Source: Maledivibacter sp.
Lineage (GTDB): Bacteria > Bacillota > Clostridia > Peptostreptococcales > Caminicellaceae
DNA: 64,000 nucleotides
Assembly: GCA_025210375.1 (NCBI GenBank)
Contig: JAOASB010000016.1
Location: 32,498 to 96,497 of the forward strand
Direction of reading: 5' to 3'
The notes beneath the pieces are model-generated. The model searched no databases. It saw only the letters and a program-made list of their open reading frames with translations, and had not been told where the DNA came from. The position numbers were made by a program, and so were the translations under genes. This document shows, one piece after another, positions 20,754-29,004 of this stretch. Position 1 is the first letter of the stretch; every line of letters begins with the position of its first letter.

Positions 20754-20788
20754 TCCACTTTAAGGGAAACTAACCCACCATTACCCAC
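20754..20788 (-). promoter_or_regulatory. Candidate MraZ operator: GTGGG/GTGGA direct repeats in 10-bp phase just upstream of mraZ
   Basis: The minus strand reads aaaGTGGGtaatgGTGGGttagtttcccttaaaGTGGAgtgaagtttATG. Repeat starts are spaced 10 and 20 nt. Confidence 0.4.
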
Positions 20789-20951
20789 TTTTGACCACTA
20801 ATAGTTTAATTCTATAGTAATATGTCTTTTCCTTCTTATTTTTTAATTTTTTTTCTAGTATTTTTGTACTAAATTTGACAAGGGTTATGGAACTACGTAC
20901 TTAGGTCTAATGATGTAATAAACTAATTTCCTATATGATATATATGAAATT

Positions 20952-20989
20952 CTACAAAAAAATAAAGGTGTACCACTTAAGGTACACCT
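20952..20989 (-). terminator. Rho-independent terminator, probably the original terminator of the Spo0E-like gene
   Basis: The minus strand reads AGGTGTACC-ttaagt-GGTACACCT followed by TTATTTTTTTT. Confidence 0.7.
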
Positions 20990-21139
20990 CAGATTGTTGA
21001 CAAAGTCAACAAGATGTCAGGCTGTTGAGAAATCCGAAGTTCAAGGCGTGCTGAAACCGAGAGACCGCAGCGTATACAGACATACGTAAGGGTTCTTGGT
21101 TGAAGTAACAACGAAGAAATTCGGGTTTGTCAACAGCCT
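20990..21139. mobile_element. Family-4 MITE-like element: about 121 bp with 24-bp terminal inverted repeats, plus a 28-bp hairpin-containing leader
   Basis: TIRs are AGGCTGTTGAGAAATCCGAAGTTC (21019..) and GAAATTCGGGTTTGTCAACAGCCT (..21139), matching 22/24. It is bracketed by an exact 26-bp direct repeat. A partial second copy lies at 57621..57686. Confidence 0.65.
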
Positions 21140-21165
21140 AAAGGTGTACCACTTAAGGTACACCT
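21140..21165. repeat. Second copy of the 26-bp hairpin aaaggtgtaccacttaaggtacacct (exact duplicate of 20964..20989)
   Basis: 26/26 identity read directly. This copy lacks the T tract. Confidence 0.9.
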
Positions 21166-21193
21166 TATATCAAGGTTTCTTTACTCATTTTTA

Positions 21194-21331
21194 CTAAAGA
21201 TTGACTTTTATAAGAGTGTCTATTTCATTACTAATAGTTAAAACATCTTGTAAATCATCGCACTCCACTACGTCATCTAATTTCTCTTGCAAGCTATGTA
21301 TTTCTTCCATAGAAGTACTAAGATGTGACAT
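21194..21331 (-). CDS. Spo0E-family-like small protein (45 aa), not in the ORF track
   Basis: Own translation: MSHLSTSMEEIHSLQEKLDDVVECDDLQDVLTISNEIDTLIKVNL. GGGGTGA RBS lies 5 nt upstream. ISNEIDTLI resembles the SQELDxLI motif of Spo0E-like phosphatases. Confidence 0.45.
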   Translation of the reverse strand: MSHLSTSMEEIHSLQEKLDDVVECDDLQDVLTISNEIDTLIKVNL

Positions 21332-21469
21332 ACTTTCACCCCAAATTTAAAATATTATATTATCAACCGACAGATTTTGTTAATATGATACTATAAATGG
21401 CATTTAATGTCAATAACTACTTTTTTACAAAATCATTTCAATTCAGTTACAATATGAGATTCATTCAAA

Positions 21470-22192
21470 TTACTTTCTTCTCTTTCTTAATAAAATATAT
21501 GTAAAAGTTAATACAAGTGAAAGACTTAAAACCTGTGCAACTCTCAGAGGCCCAAGCATTAAGCTATCAGTCCTCATACCTTCAATGAAAAATCTTCCAA
21601 TGGAATAAAGTATAAGATATAGAAAAAATACCTCACCATTAAATTTCTTTTTCTTTTTATATATCATCAAGAAAATAAAAATCATAAAATTCCAAATAGA
21701 TTCATATAAAAAGGTCGGATGAACCTTTATGCCATCAACTACAATTCCCCATGGCAAGTCCGTAGGTCCACCGTGGGCTTCTTGGTTGATAAAATTTCCC
21801 CATCTACCTATTGCTTGACCTAAAATTAAACTTGGAGCAATTATATCAGCTAACTGCCAAAATTTTAATCCTTTAACCCTCGTAAAAATTATCCCAGCTA
21901 TTACGCCTCCAATCACTCCACCATGAATAGCTAAGCCACCTGCTCTAATGTTTATCATTTCCATTATATTTCCATTATAATGACTCCAATTAAAAATCAC
22001 ATAATATAATCGTGCCCCAACTATTGCACAGGGAATCATAACTATAATAAAGTCTAATATTAAATTTTCATCTAAGCCAAGGCGTTTTGATTCTTTAAGT
22101 GCTAAAATAGTACCTAGTACCATTCCTAAAGAAATCAATATCCCATACCAGCGTACTGCGATACCAAATACTTCAAATGCAATTGGATCCAT
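21470..22192 (-). CDS. lgt: Prolipoprotein diacylglyceryl transferase Lgt
   Basis: The ORF-track start at 22201 is a GTG. The ATG at 22192 has GAGGAG 9 nt upstream. Contains the GRWGNFINQEAHG motif. Confidence 0.93.
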   Translation of the reverse strand: MDPIAFEVFGIAVRWYGILISLGMVLGTILALKESKRLGLDENLILDFIIVMIPCAIVGARLYYVIFNWSHYNGNIMEMINIRAGGLAIHGGVIGGVIAGIIFTRVKGLKFWQLADIIAPSLILGQAIGRWGNFINQEAHGGPTDLPWGIVVDGIKVHPTFLYESIWNFMIFIFLMIYKKKKKFNGEVFFLYLILYSIGRFFIEGMRTDSLMLGPLRVAQVLSLSLVLTFTYILLRKRRK

Positions 22193-22304
22193 TATACTCA
22201 CTCCTCAATTTCAAGTTCAAAGCTGTAATTTCTAATTTTTAAGTTGAGGGTCATCCTTAAAAGAAATAGCTTACAAAAATTTAGTTGCCATGGCAAGGCA
22301 ACTG

Positions 22305-22463
22305 AGGCATATGAAAAAAATAAACAAGTCAGGTTACGAAGTAATTTTGATTATTTTCTAGGCACTCAGTCACGCTCATACTCACTGTATGCAAGTGATT
22401 GAGTTTGGGCGAAAAGAATCAAAAGAACGAGTAAGATGACCAGTTTATTTTTTGAATATGCCT
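22305..22463. repeat. Family-1 long imperfect palindrome, copy B
   Basis: aggcatatgaaaaaaataaacaagtcagg...gaccagtttattttttgaatatgcct. The arms are complementary along most of their length. Confidence 0.9.
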
Positions 22464-22500
22464 AAATTTATTATACACATACATTATTGATATTTTCAAG

Positions 22501-23793
22501 CTATTTATTAGGTTTAATCAAAGATAAAACACTTTTATCAAGATTAAAATGATCATTAAATCTTTTTGAAACACTTTCAAAGTCTAAATTTGTGAGTTCA
22601 GTAATATAATCAAAAAGATTTATTCCTTTGAAATAATATGAAGTAAAGGTATTTCCAATGAATTCAACTGAATTATAGGAACTAATATGCTGTCCAATAG
22701 ACTTTTTCTTAACCCTTTCAAAGTCTTCTTTATTTAAACCATTACTCTTTATTCTATTTATTTCTTCTGATATGATTTCATAAATTTTTTCAGGATGCTT
22801 TGACTCTCCCCCAATAATTGAATGTCCATAGGAGATATCAAAGGTATACTCACTTTCAAAATTCTCATTTATCAAACCATCATCATATAATTTTTTATAC
22901 AGTTTAGAGCTGCTGCCAAAAACCGTATCCAAGATAACTCTAGTTTGTATATCGTTTCTTAAAAGATCTTTGCTGTGAATAAAATTATTCGTATTTTTAA
23001 ATGCAATATTAAACAAAGGCATAGAAACCGATAGTTTCTCTTCTATCCTCTTTTCATATACATCATTTTGTTCAGTAGGCAAAATTCTCTCAACTTCCCC
23101 TTCAATCCTCTTAAAGGTTGGCTTTAGATTCCTTTCTATAGTGTTACATGTCTCATCAACATCCACATCTCCAACTACAAATACCACCATATTATTTGGA
23201 ACATAAAATGTGTTATAGCATTTATATAACTGTTCCTTATTTATCCTATATATACTATCTACAGTCCCTGCTATATCAATTTTCACTGGATGATTAGCAT
23301 ATAAACCTCGGAGTCCATTGAAAAACACCTTCCAATTTGGATTATCCTCATACATCCTTATTTCCTGCTCAATTATACCTTTTTCCTTTTCAACATTCTC
23401 ATCGGTTAGATATGGAGATTGAACAAAATCAATAAGTATACTAAGATTTTCATAGAAATTATCAGTACAGGAGAATAAATAACATGTGGAATTAAAATTG
23501 GTATATGCATTTACACTAGAACCCAATTTTGAAAATCTTTCAAAGACACCACCCTCTTCACTCTCAAATAGCTTATGCTCCAAAAAATGAGCGATGCCCT
23601 CGGGCACTTCAGTGGTATTTTTATCCCCTGGAACAATAAATTTATTATCTATGGAACCATATCGGGTCCCAAATATAGCATATTTTTTAGTATAATCCCT
23701 TTTAGGAAGCACAAATATCTCAAGTCCATTTTCTAATTTTCTAAAGCTTATTTTTTCCTTAAGTATTTCACTATATATTTCTTTTTGAACCAT
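22501..23793 (-). CDS. M16-family zinc peptidase (active-type, HxxEH)
   Basis: 430 aa with the inverted zinc motif HFLEH in GIAHFLEHKLFE. The start overlaps the stop of the upstream M16 paralog by 1 nt. Confidence 0.85.
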   Translation of the reverse strand: MVQKEIYSEILKEKISFRKLENGLEIFVLPKRDYTKKYAIFGTRYGSIDNKFIVPGDKNTTEVPEGIAHFLEHKLFESEEGGVFERFSKLGSSVNAYTNFNSTCYLFSCTDNFYENLSILIDFVQSPYLTDENVEKEKGIIEQEIRMYEDNPNWKVFFNGLRGLYANHPVKIDIAGTVDSIYRINKEQLYKCYNTFYVPNNMVVFVVGDVDVDETCNTIERNLKPTFKRIEGEVERILPTEQNDVYEKRIEEKLSVSMPLFNIAFKNTNNFIHSKDLLRNDIQTRVILDTVFGSSSKLYKKLYDDGLINENFESEYTFDISYGHSIIGGESKHPEKIYEIISEEINRIKSNGLNKEDFERVKKKSIGQHISSYNSVEFIGNTFTSYYFKGINLFDYITELTNLDFESVSKRFNDHFNLDKSVLSLIKPNK

Positions 23794-25073
23794 TATCTTC
23801 CCTCCTCTTCTTTACTAAGGAAGTATATTGTATCTAATTCAAATTTCTTTCCAGCTGCTAGTATAGATTCTTTATCTGCCGATTTAATTTTTTCTATTAT
23901 ATTCTCTATATTATCAAGTGAATCACTTAAAATTTGAGAATATAGAAAGTCCATGAGAACATTTGGAGTATCAGTTAAGGACTCTATAGAAGTAATAATA
24001 GATTTCTTGGCAATATCAATGTCTTCCTCAGTAAAATTACCATCCTTTAGTGAATCCACTTCCTCAATTACTAGCTTTTTAGTTTTCTCAAAGTTTTCAA
24101 ACTCAACACCACTACCTACAAGCATAATTGATTTAAATTTGTCAATTCTAGAAAAGATATAGTAGCAAAGACTCTCCTTCTCCCTTACATTTTTAAAAAG
24201 CTTTGAATTAGGTCCGCCTCCCAAAATATTTGAAAATATTATAGAACTTTCATACAATTCACTATCATATGGAATATTTGTCCTATATCCGAGGGTCAGT
24301 TTACCTTGATTTATGTTAAATCTATCCTCTGCTTCTTTTATATCTGTAATTTTCTTTGATATCTCTTCCCTAGGCATAGTTATGATATCGTCTCTTTTAA
24401 ATTGTAGTGTCTCTTTAAAAAGCTCTTTTACTTTATCCTCCTCAACGTCACCTACTATAAATATGTCCATAGGAGAAGTGCATAAAACATTTTGATAATA
24501 TTCATATAAACCTTTTTCATCAATCTTATCTAAATCCTCTACACTACCATATTCATATATGCTGTAATTCTCATCCTCACACATTACCTCAACGCATCTA
24601 TCCACTGCAAATCTCATTTTATCATTAATTCTACCTTCAATTTTTTCCCTTAGATTAGCCTTTTCCTGTAGGAAACTTTCCTTTTTAAACCCACCATCAT
24701 GGATAACCTGCTTATTAAGCACTCCATTGATTATTTGTAGTCCCTCTTTTAAAATATCCTTGTTATTAATATACTTACTATTTGGAAGCTGCATTTTAAT
24801 CTTCAATATATGCTTTTCACCTTTTTTGGCCACATCACTAATCAATATCCCGCCATATAAATCCTCAAGTTTTCTATTAAGCTCAAGAAAAGAGGGATAT
24901 TCCTTTATTCCCTTTGTTAAAAGCATAGATAACAAAGCATTTTTTGTGGCTTCTTCTTTTTTCAAGGGTCTTCTAATATATACACCTATCAAATTTGTTT
25001 TAAATTTATTAGATTTTATAACATGTAATCTAACAGATTTACTTAATTCCGTTTGCTCAAGTATTTTTAGCAA
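23793..25073 (-). CDS. M16-family peptidase-like protein lacking the HxxEH motif (probable non-catalytic partner)
   Basis: 426 aa with M16-like length and layout. No HxxEH was seen in the N-terminal region. It is translationally coupled to the active paralog. Confidence 0.7.
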   Translation of the reverse strand: MLKILEQTELSKSVRLHVIKSNKFKTNLIGVYIRRPLKKEEATKNALLSMLLTKGIKEYPSFLELNRKLEDLYGGILISDVAKKGEKHILKIKMQLPNSKYINNKDILKEGLQIINGVLNKQVIHDGGFKKESFLQEKANLREKIEGRINDKMRFAVDRCVEVMCEDENYSIYEYGSVEDLDKIDEKGLYEYYQNVLCTSPMDIFIVGDVEEDKVKELFKETLQFKRDDIITMPREEISKKITDIKEAEDRFNINQGKLTLGYRTNIPYDSELYESSIIFSNILGGGPNSKLFKNVREKESLCYYIFSRIDKFKSIMLVGSGVEFENFEKTKKLVIEEVDSLKDGNFTEEDIDIAKKSIITSIESLTDTPNVLMDFLYSQILSDSLDNIENIIEKIKSADKESILAAGKKFELDTIYFLSKEEEGR

Positions 25074-25127
25074 TTCATTACCTCCCTTTTATAAATGTAT
25101 TTCCCTTTACTATTGTGTTATAGAGAT

Positions 25128-25178
25128 TCCAGTCAAAACCTTAATTTTTACTATGAAAACCCTATATATTATCTACAG
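25128..25178. repeat. Family-2 repeat, short derivative (about 51 bp)
   Basis: ttatagagattccagtcaaaaccttaatttttactatgaaaaccctatata shares the tatagaNattccagt...ccctata termini. Confidence 0.6.
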
Positions 25179-25285
25179 ATACTTTTATTATGTTATAAAA
25201 ACAAACATAAAATTCATGAATTTACCAAAAATTAGCATCATATTTATTTTACTATATATTTTATTTAAGTAATACCCTATAATAT

Positions 25286-26443
25286 TTAATTTTTTAAATT
25301 AGTTATTCTGATCCTGTATTCTAATTCATTTAAGAGATCATCTCCTATTCCCCATCCACTTATATGCTGTATTTTAATTAAATCCCTTTTCTCTATTTTT
25401 TTTATTAATTTATTTATTTTATTTTGTTCCCTTATGCCATTATGCAAGCTTGATATACTAATAACTATGATATTATTGGCTCCCTTTAACTTTAGACCCT
25501 TTATAGATTTTAAGAGAAGGTCATCATTATTGTATTTCATGCAAATAATTTTTTCCTCTTGAAATTTTGATTTTGCCATTTTACGTACAACCTCATTACT
25601 AAGAATACTTTGCTCATAAAAGCTTTCATCATTTGAAATCAAAAGAATCATGCCAGTGGAATATATATTTTTTCTTTCTACCAATTCCATTGCTTTATCT
25701 GACACTTGTCTCGCTAACTTCTGACTATTCCAAAGGAATGGCACAATCTTAATATCTGTATTATTATTCAAAACTCCCTCATCAATTGTATTTTTAAATT
25801 TCTTATATTCCTTTGATTCGCTAAGCATTAATGGTACTAGTATTAATTTTTCATATTGCCTACTAAGTATATTGACCTCTTCATAAATATCTGGTTCTAT
25901 GTTGAAATATGCTGAATATAAGTCGTAATCTGTTCCCAAGCGAAGACTTAAGTTTTCATTTATCCTCTTACATAAATCCACATACTTACTATTTCCAACT
26001 TTCTCATATGCAAGCTTATATTGTGAAGCCATAATGGGCCCATGGGCTTTATTCATTATTTTTTCTTCCTTATATATATTCTTTAAAATATTAAAGGTTT
26101 CATATTCATTAGGCTCGCCCCCTGAAAAGATTATAACAGCTGGCTTTGTAAGTTTTTTCTCATTTTTTATATTACTATTTTGATAGTCATTATTATTAAT
26201 CCCTATAACGGAATAATATAATATAGTATTTCCCAAAACATATCCTGCCCCAAGTCCTATCAAAAACAAAAGTCCCCATTTTATTTCCAGTTTTATACTT
26301 CTTAAGATATTTATAAGTGTTAACATTAATGTTATTATAAAAATTCTTTCTATATTACCATCGAAAATGAGAAAACCTATTATTAATAAGCTTAATAGCA
26401 AAGCCTTTATAAATATGAAAAATTTATTATTAATAAATATCAT
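25286..26443 (-). CDS. Hypothetical membrane-anchored protein (three N-terminal TM helices, soluble alpha/beta C-terminal part)
   Basis: 385-aa ORF with good coding appearance. There is only a weak resemblance to class II chelatase-like (CbiX/ferrochelatase) layouts, so no function is asserted. Confidence 0.4.
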   Translation of the reverse strand: MIFINNKFFIFIKALLLSLLIIGFLIFDGNIERIFIITLMLTLINILRSIKLEIKWGLLFLIGLGAGYVLGNTILYYSVIGINNNDYQNSNIKNEKKLTKPAVIIFSGGEPNEYETFNILKNIYKEEKIMNKAHGPIMASQYKLAYEKVGNSKYVDLCKRINENLSLRLGTDYDLYSAYFNIEPDIYEEVNILSRQYEKLILVPLMLSESKEYKKFKNTIDEGVLNNNTDIKIVPFLWNSQKLARQVSDKAMELVERKNIYSTGMILLISNDESFYEQSILSNEVVRKMAKSKFQEEKIICMKYNNDDLLLKSIKGLKLKGANNIIVISISSLHNGIREQNKINKLIKKIEKRDLIKIQHISGWGIGDDLLNELEYRIRITNLKN

Positions 26444-26488
26444 CTCCTTTATATATTTTATTTGTCACATAGGAAAATATGTTTATGT

Positions 26489-26647
26489 GAGGAAATTGCA
26501 TAACTCTTACTTGGCTAAGCCTAATATAGGAATATCGTTCTTGATTTAATTACTTAAGATATAAGCGTATTTGAGGGTATAAATTTAGGGCTTTTAAAAC
26601 TATATATAACAGATAATTTTTGTAGAAAGTAATTATGCAATTTGCTC
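26489..26647. repeat. Family-3 modular repeat, full-length copy (about 159 bp)
   Basis: gaggaaattgcataactcttacttggc...gtagaaagtaattatgcaatttgctc. This is the reverse complement of the 42340..42498 copy along its length. Confidence 0.85.
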
Positions 26648-26697
26648 ACCTAGCTATTGCTTTAAAGGCATAATTGCATTATAATTTATTCTGTATG

Positions 26698-26825
26698 CTA
26701 GGATTATGAAAAAAATGACTTCCACCTTAATAAACGTCTTAGAAGTCAAAACTACTTGTACTTTTTCAAAGATTCCATGAATAATCTGGCTTAAATTAAT
26801 GAACTTGTTTTTTTCATAATCCTAG
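26698..26825. repeat. 128-bp element with perfect 18-bp terminal inverted repeats (ctaggattatgaaaaaaa)
   Basis: Read directly. The termini resemble family-1 termini (AGGnnTATGAAAAAAAT). It ends 41 bp upstream of ychF. Confidence 0.7.
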
Positions 26826-26866
26826 GTCTCGACAAATCTATCAATGAAGCGAAAGGAAGAATATTT

Positions 26867-27961
26867 ATGAAGTTAGGAATAGTAGGATTACCAAATGTAG
26901 GTAAGAGTACTCTTTTCAATGCTATTACTAAAGCAGGAGCAGAATCAGCAAACTATCCATTTTGTACCATAGAGCCAAATGTAGGCGTTGTATCTGTACC
27001 CGATGAAAGATTAGAAATATTACAAAGGGTATATGACTCTAAAAAGATTATAAATACAGCCATAGAGTTCTATGATATCGCAGGACTTGTTAAGGGTGCT
27101 TCTAAGGGAGAAGGTTTAGGGAATCAGTTCCTTGGACACATCAGAGAGGTTGCAGCTATCATACATGTCGTAAGATGCTTTGAAGACGAAAATGTGGTTC
27201 ATGTTGACGGCAAAATAGGTCCTTTAAAGGACATTGAAACTATAAATCTTGAGCTTATTTTCTCTGACGAAGAGTTAGTAGATAGAAGACTTACTAAGAC
27301 AAGAAAGGCCCTTAAGGGGGATAAAAGTCTTCAAGGAGAATTAACAATACTTGAAAAAATCAAGGCTACTTTAGAACAAGGGATTAGCGTAAGGGCTATG
27401 GAGCTTAGTGATGATGAATGGTCATTCGTAAAGACTCTTCAACTATTATCGGCTAAACCAATCATATACTGTGCTAATGTATCTGAGGATGATTTGATTG
27501 AAAATGATGGAGAGAACTCATTCGTTCAGGAGGTTAGAGATTTTGCTAAAACTGAGGGTGCTGAGGTAGTAGTGATCAGTGCTAAGATAGAACAAGAGAT
27601 AGCTGAAATTGACGATGAAGAAAAGGATGCATTCCTCAAGGAGCTAGGACTCAAAGAATCTGGCTTAGACAAGCTTATAAAGTCAAGCTATCACTTACTA
27701 GACCTCATCAGCTTCTTAACAGCTGGCCCCCAAGAAGTTAGGGCTTGGACCATCAGAAGAGGCACAAAGGCTCCCCAAGCAGCTGGTAAAATTCACTCGG
27801 ATATAGAAAGAGGATTTATCAGAGCGGAAACTATTGCCTATGAAGACCTTAAGGAACATGGAACTATGTCAGCAGCTAAAGACAAGGGACTTGTTAGACT
27901 TGAGGGTAAGGAGTATGTGGTTAAGGATGGGGATGTTATATTGTTTAGGTTTAACGTTTAA
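26867..27961 (+). CDS. ychF: Ribosome-binding ATPase YchF
   Basis: 364 aa with GIVGLPNVGKSTLFNA at the N-terminus and a C-terminal TGS-like region ending GDVILFRFNV. Confidence 0.97.
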   Translation: MKLGIVGLPNVGKSTLFNAITKAGAESANYPFCTIEPNVGVVSVPDERLEILQRVYDSKKIINTAIEFYDIAGLVKGASKGEGLGNQFLGHIREVAAIIHVVRCFEDENVVHVDGKIGPLKDIETINLELIFSDEELVDRRLTKTRKALKGDKSLQGELTILEKIKATLEQGISVRAMELSDDEWSFVKTLQLLSAKPIIYCANVSEDDLIENDGENSFVQEVRDFAKTEGAEVVVISAKIEQEIAEIDDEEKDAFLKELGLKESGLDKLIKSSYHLLDLISFLTAGPQEVRAWTIRRGTKAPQAAGKIHSDIERGFIRAETIAYEDLKEHGTMSAAKDKGLVRLEGKEYVVKDGDVILFRFNV

Positions 27962-27989
27962 ATAAAAAACCATATTTTTATATAAATAA

Positions 27990-28028
27990 AACCGCTATAC
28001 TCCTTAATTTAACTGGAATATAGCGGTT
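27990..28028. repeat. Conserved hairpin AACCGCTATAcTCC-ttaatttaact-GGAaTATAGCGGTT after ychF
   Basis: Stem of about 13 bp. A near-isomorphic hairpin lies at 39969..40005. There is no clear T tract on the plus strand. Confidence 0.6.
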
Positions 28029-28179
28029 AATTCATTAATATCATAACAAAGTTATTGGTTTTGGGCACAACCTTGGTGCAACACCACCAAAATATTATCA
28101 TTTGATACCCCCTAACCTTTTTGATAAACTATCCGTTGCCTTCTTCTTTCGAAGGACGAAGGGGCAGAAGGACGGAAGG

Positions 28180-28203
28180 ACGCAGGGACAGGTTCATCGT
28201 CCT
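28180..28203 (-). repeat. REP-like GC-rich core, inverted copy, overlapping the stop codon of the RAYT-like gene
   Basis: acgcagggacaggttcatcgtcct is the reverse complement of the cores at 29012..29035 and 29050..29073, allowing 2-3 mismatches. Confidence 0.8.
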
Positions 28204-28970
28204 AATATGTTGCTAATCTTATGGATGACACTTTTAGATATTCCTGTTATCCTAGATATTTGCCTTATAGTAACCCCTTCTTGTCCCTTTATTTTTCTTA
28301 TGATCTCATTTCTTTTATCTTTTTCAAGTTTTTGTAATTCGCTTATATTCTTAATTCCCATTTTTCTAAGGTTTTCTCTTACTTCATTATCCGTTTTTCT
28401 CTTTTTTTCTTTATATTCTAAACACTCATCATTATTCTTTTCTTTTGAGTATTTCTCAAACTCCTCTATGGATTTCTTTCTATCTTCTGAAAGCATTCTC
28501 AATGCAAAATCTGTATCTATTATTGTTCCTTGTCCTATATATTCTTTATAACTGCTCCATTTATAATCCACTATATTTTCAATTTTTCCAGCTTTTATTG
28601 GATTTTGATGAATGTATCTAAGAACTGTTAAAAAATACTCATCATTTTCAACAACTTCACTTTTATATCGCTCCTGAAATAAATGACCACATCTCTCATA
28701 CTTGTTATTATACCAATGTACATAACTGCTACTAATTCTTTTGATTGCATTTGATATCGATTCTTTTTCTTCTTTTATTAGCAAATGTACATGGTTATCC
28801 ATTAAACAATATCCATAGACTTTATACTCACTTATAGTTTTATAGTATTTTATTCTTTCAATAAATCTTTCTTTGTCTTCATCATCTTCAAATATATTCT
28901 GTCTGTTTATTCCCCTAAGCATTATATGGTATATTCCGCTTTCACTTTTTTCTCTAGCCTTCCTTGCCAT
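28194..28970 (-). CDS. IS200/IS605-like Y1 (HUH) transposase of the REP-associated (RAYT-like) type with a C-terminal HTH-like tail
   Basis: The ORF-track start at 29018 is a TTG inside the flanking repeat. The ATG at 28970 has GAGGTGAGG upstream. Contains YHIMLRGINRQ, the HUH motif in DNHVHLLI, and the tyrosine motif LRYIHQNPIKAG. Confidence 0.75.
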   Translation of the reverse strand: MARKAREKSESGIYHIMLRGINRQNIFEDDEDKERFIERIKYYKTISEYKVYGYCLMDNHVHLLIKEEKESISNAIKRISSSYVHWYNNKYERCGHLFQERYKSEVVENDEYFLTVLRYIHQNPIKAGKIENIVDYKWSSYKEYIGQGTIIDTDFALRMLSEDRKKSIEEFEKYSKEKNNDECLEYKEKKRKTDNEVRENLRKMGIKNISELQKLEKDKRNEIIRKIKGQEGVTIRQISRITGISKSVIHKISNILGR

Positions 28971-29004
28971 TTTCCTCACCTCTATGCCCAGTTTATCATA
29001 TTGG

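Noticed and set aside
21018-21139. Family-4 interior as a tRNA, riboswitch or other known structured RNA
   Set aside because: It has no cloverleaf and no recognisable riboswitch core that I can name. The dominant feature is a 24-bp terminal inverted repeat, so it is kept as a mobile-element-like repeat with an RNA role only as an untested alternative.
24727-25272. 181-aa plus-strand ORF
   Set aside because: It lies antisense to the 5' part of the M16-like gene and runs through the intergenic family-2 fragment. The translation is hydrophobic and low-complexity with no RBS. Long antisense ORFs are expected in AT-rich DNA.
28151-28179. GA-rich quasi-tandem gaaggacg x3 as an independent microsatellite or regulatory array
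   Set aside because: There are only about three imperfect units, contiguous with the left REP-like core. It is more economically part of the RAYT flank.
28102-28551. 149-aa plus-strand ORF overlapping the RAYT-like gene
   Set aside because: It lies antisense to a motif-bearing Y1 transposase gene and starts inside the GA-rich or REP-like flank. No supporting features.
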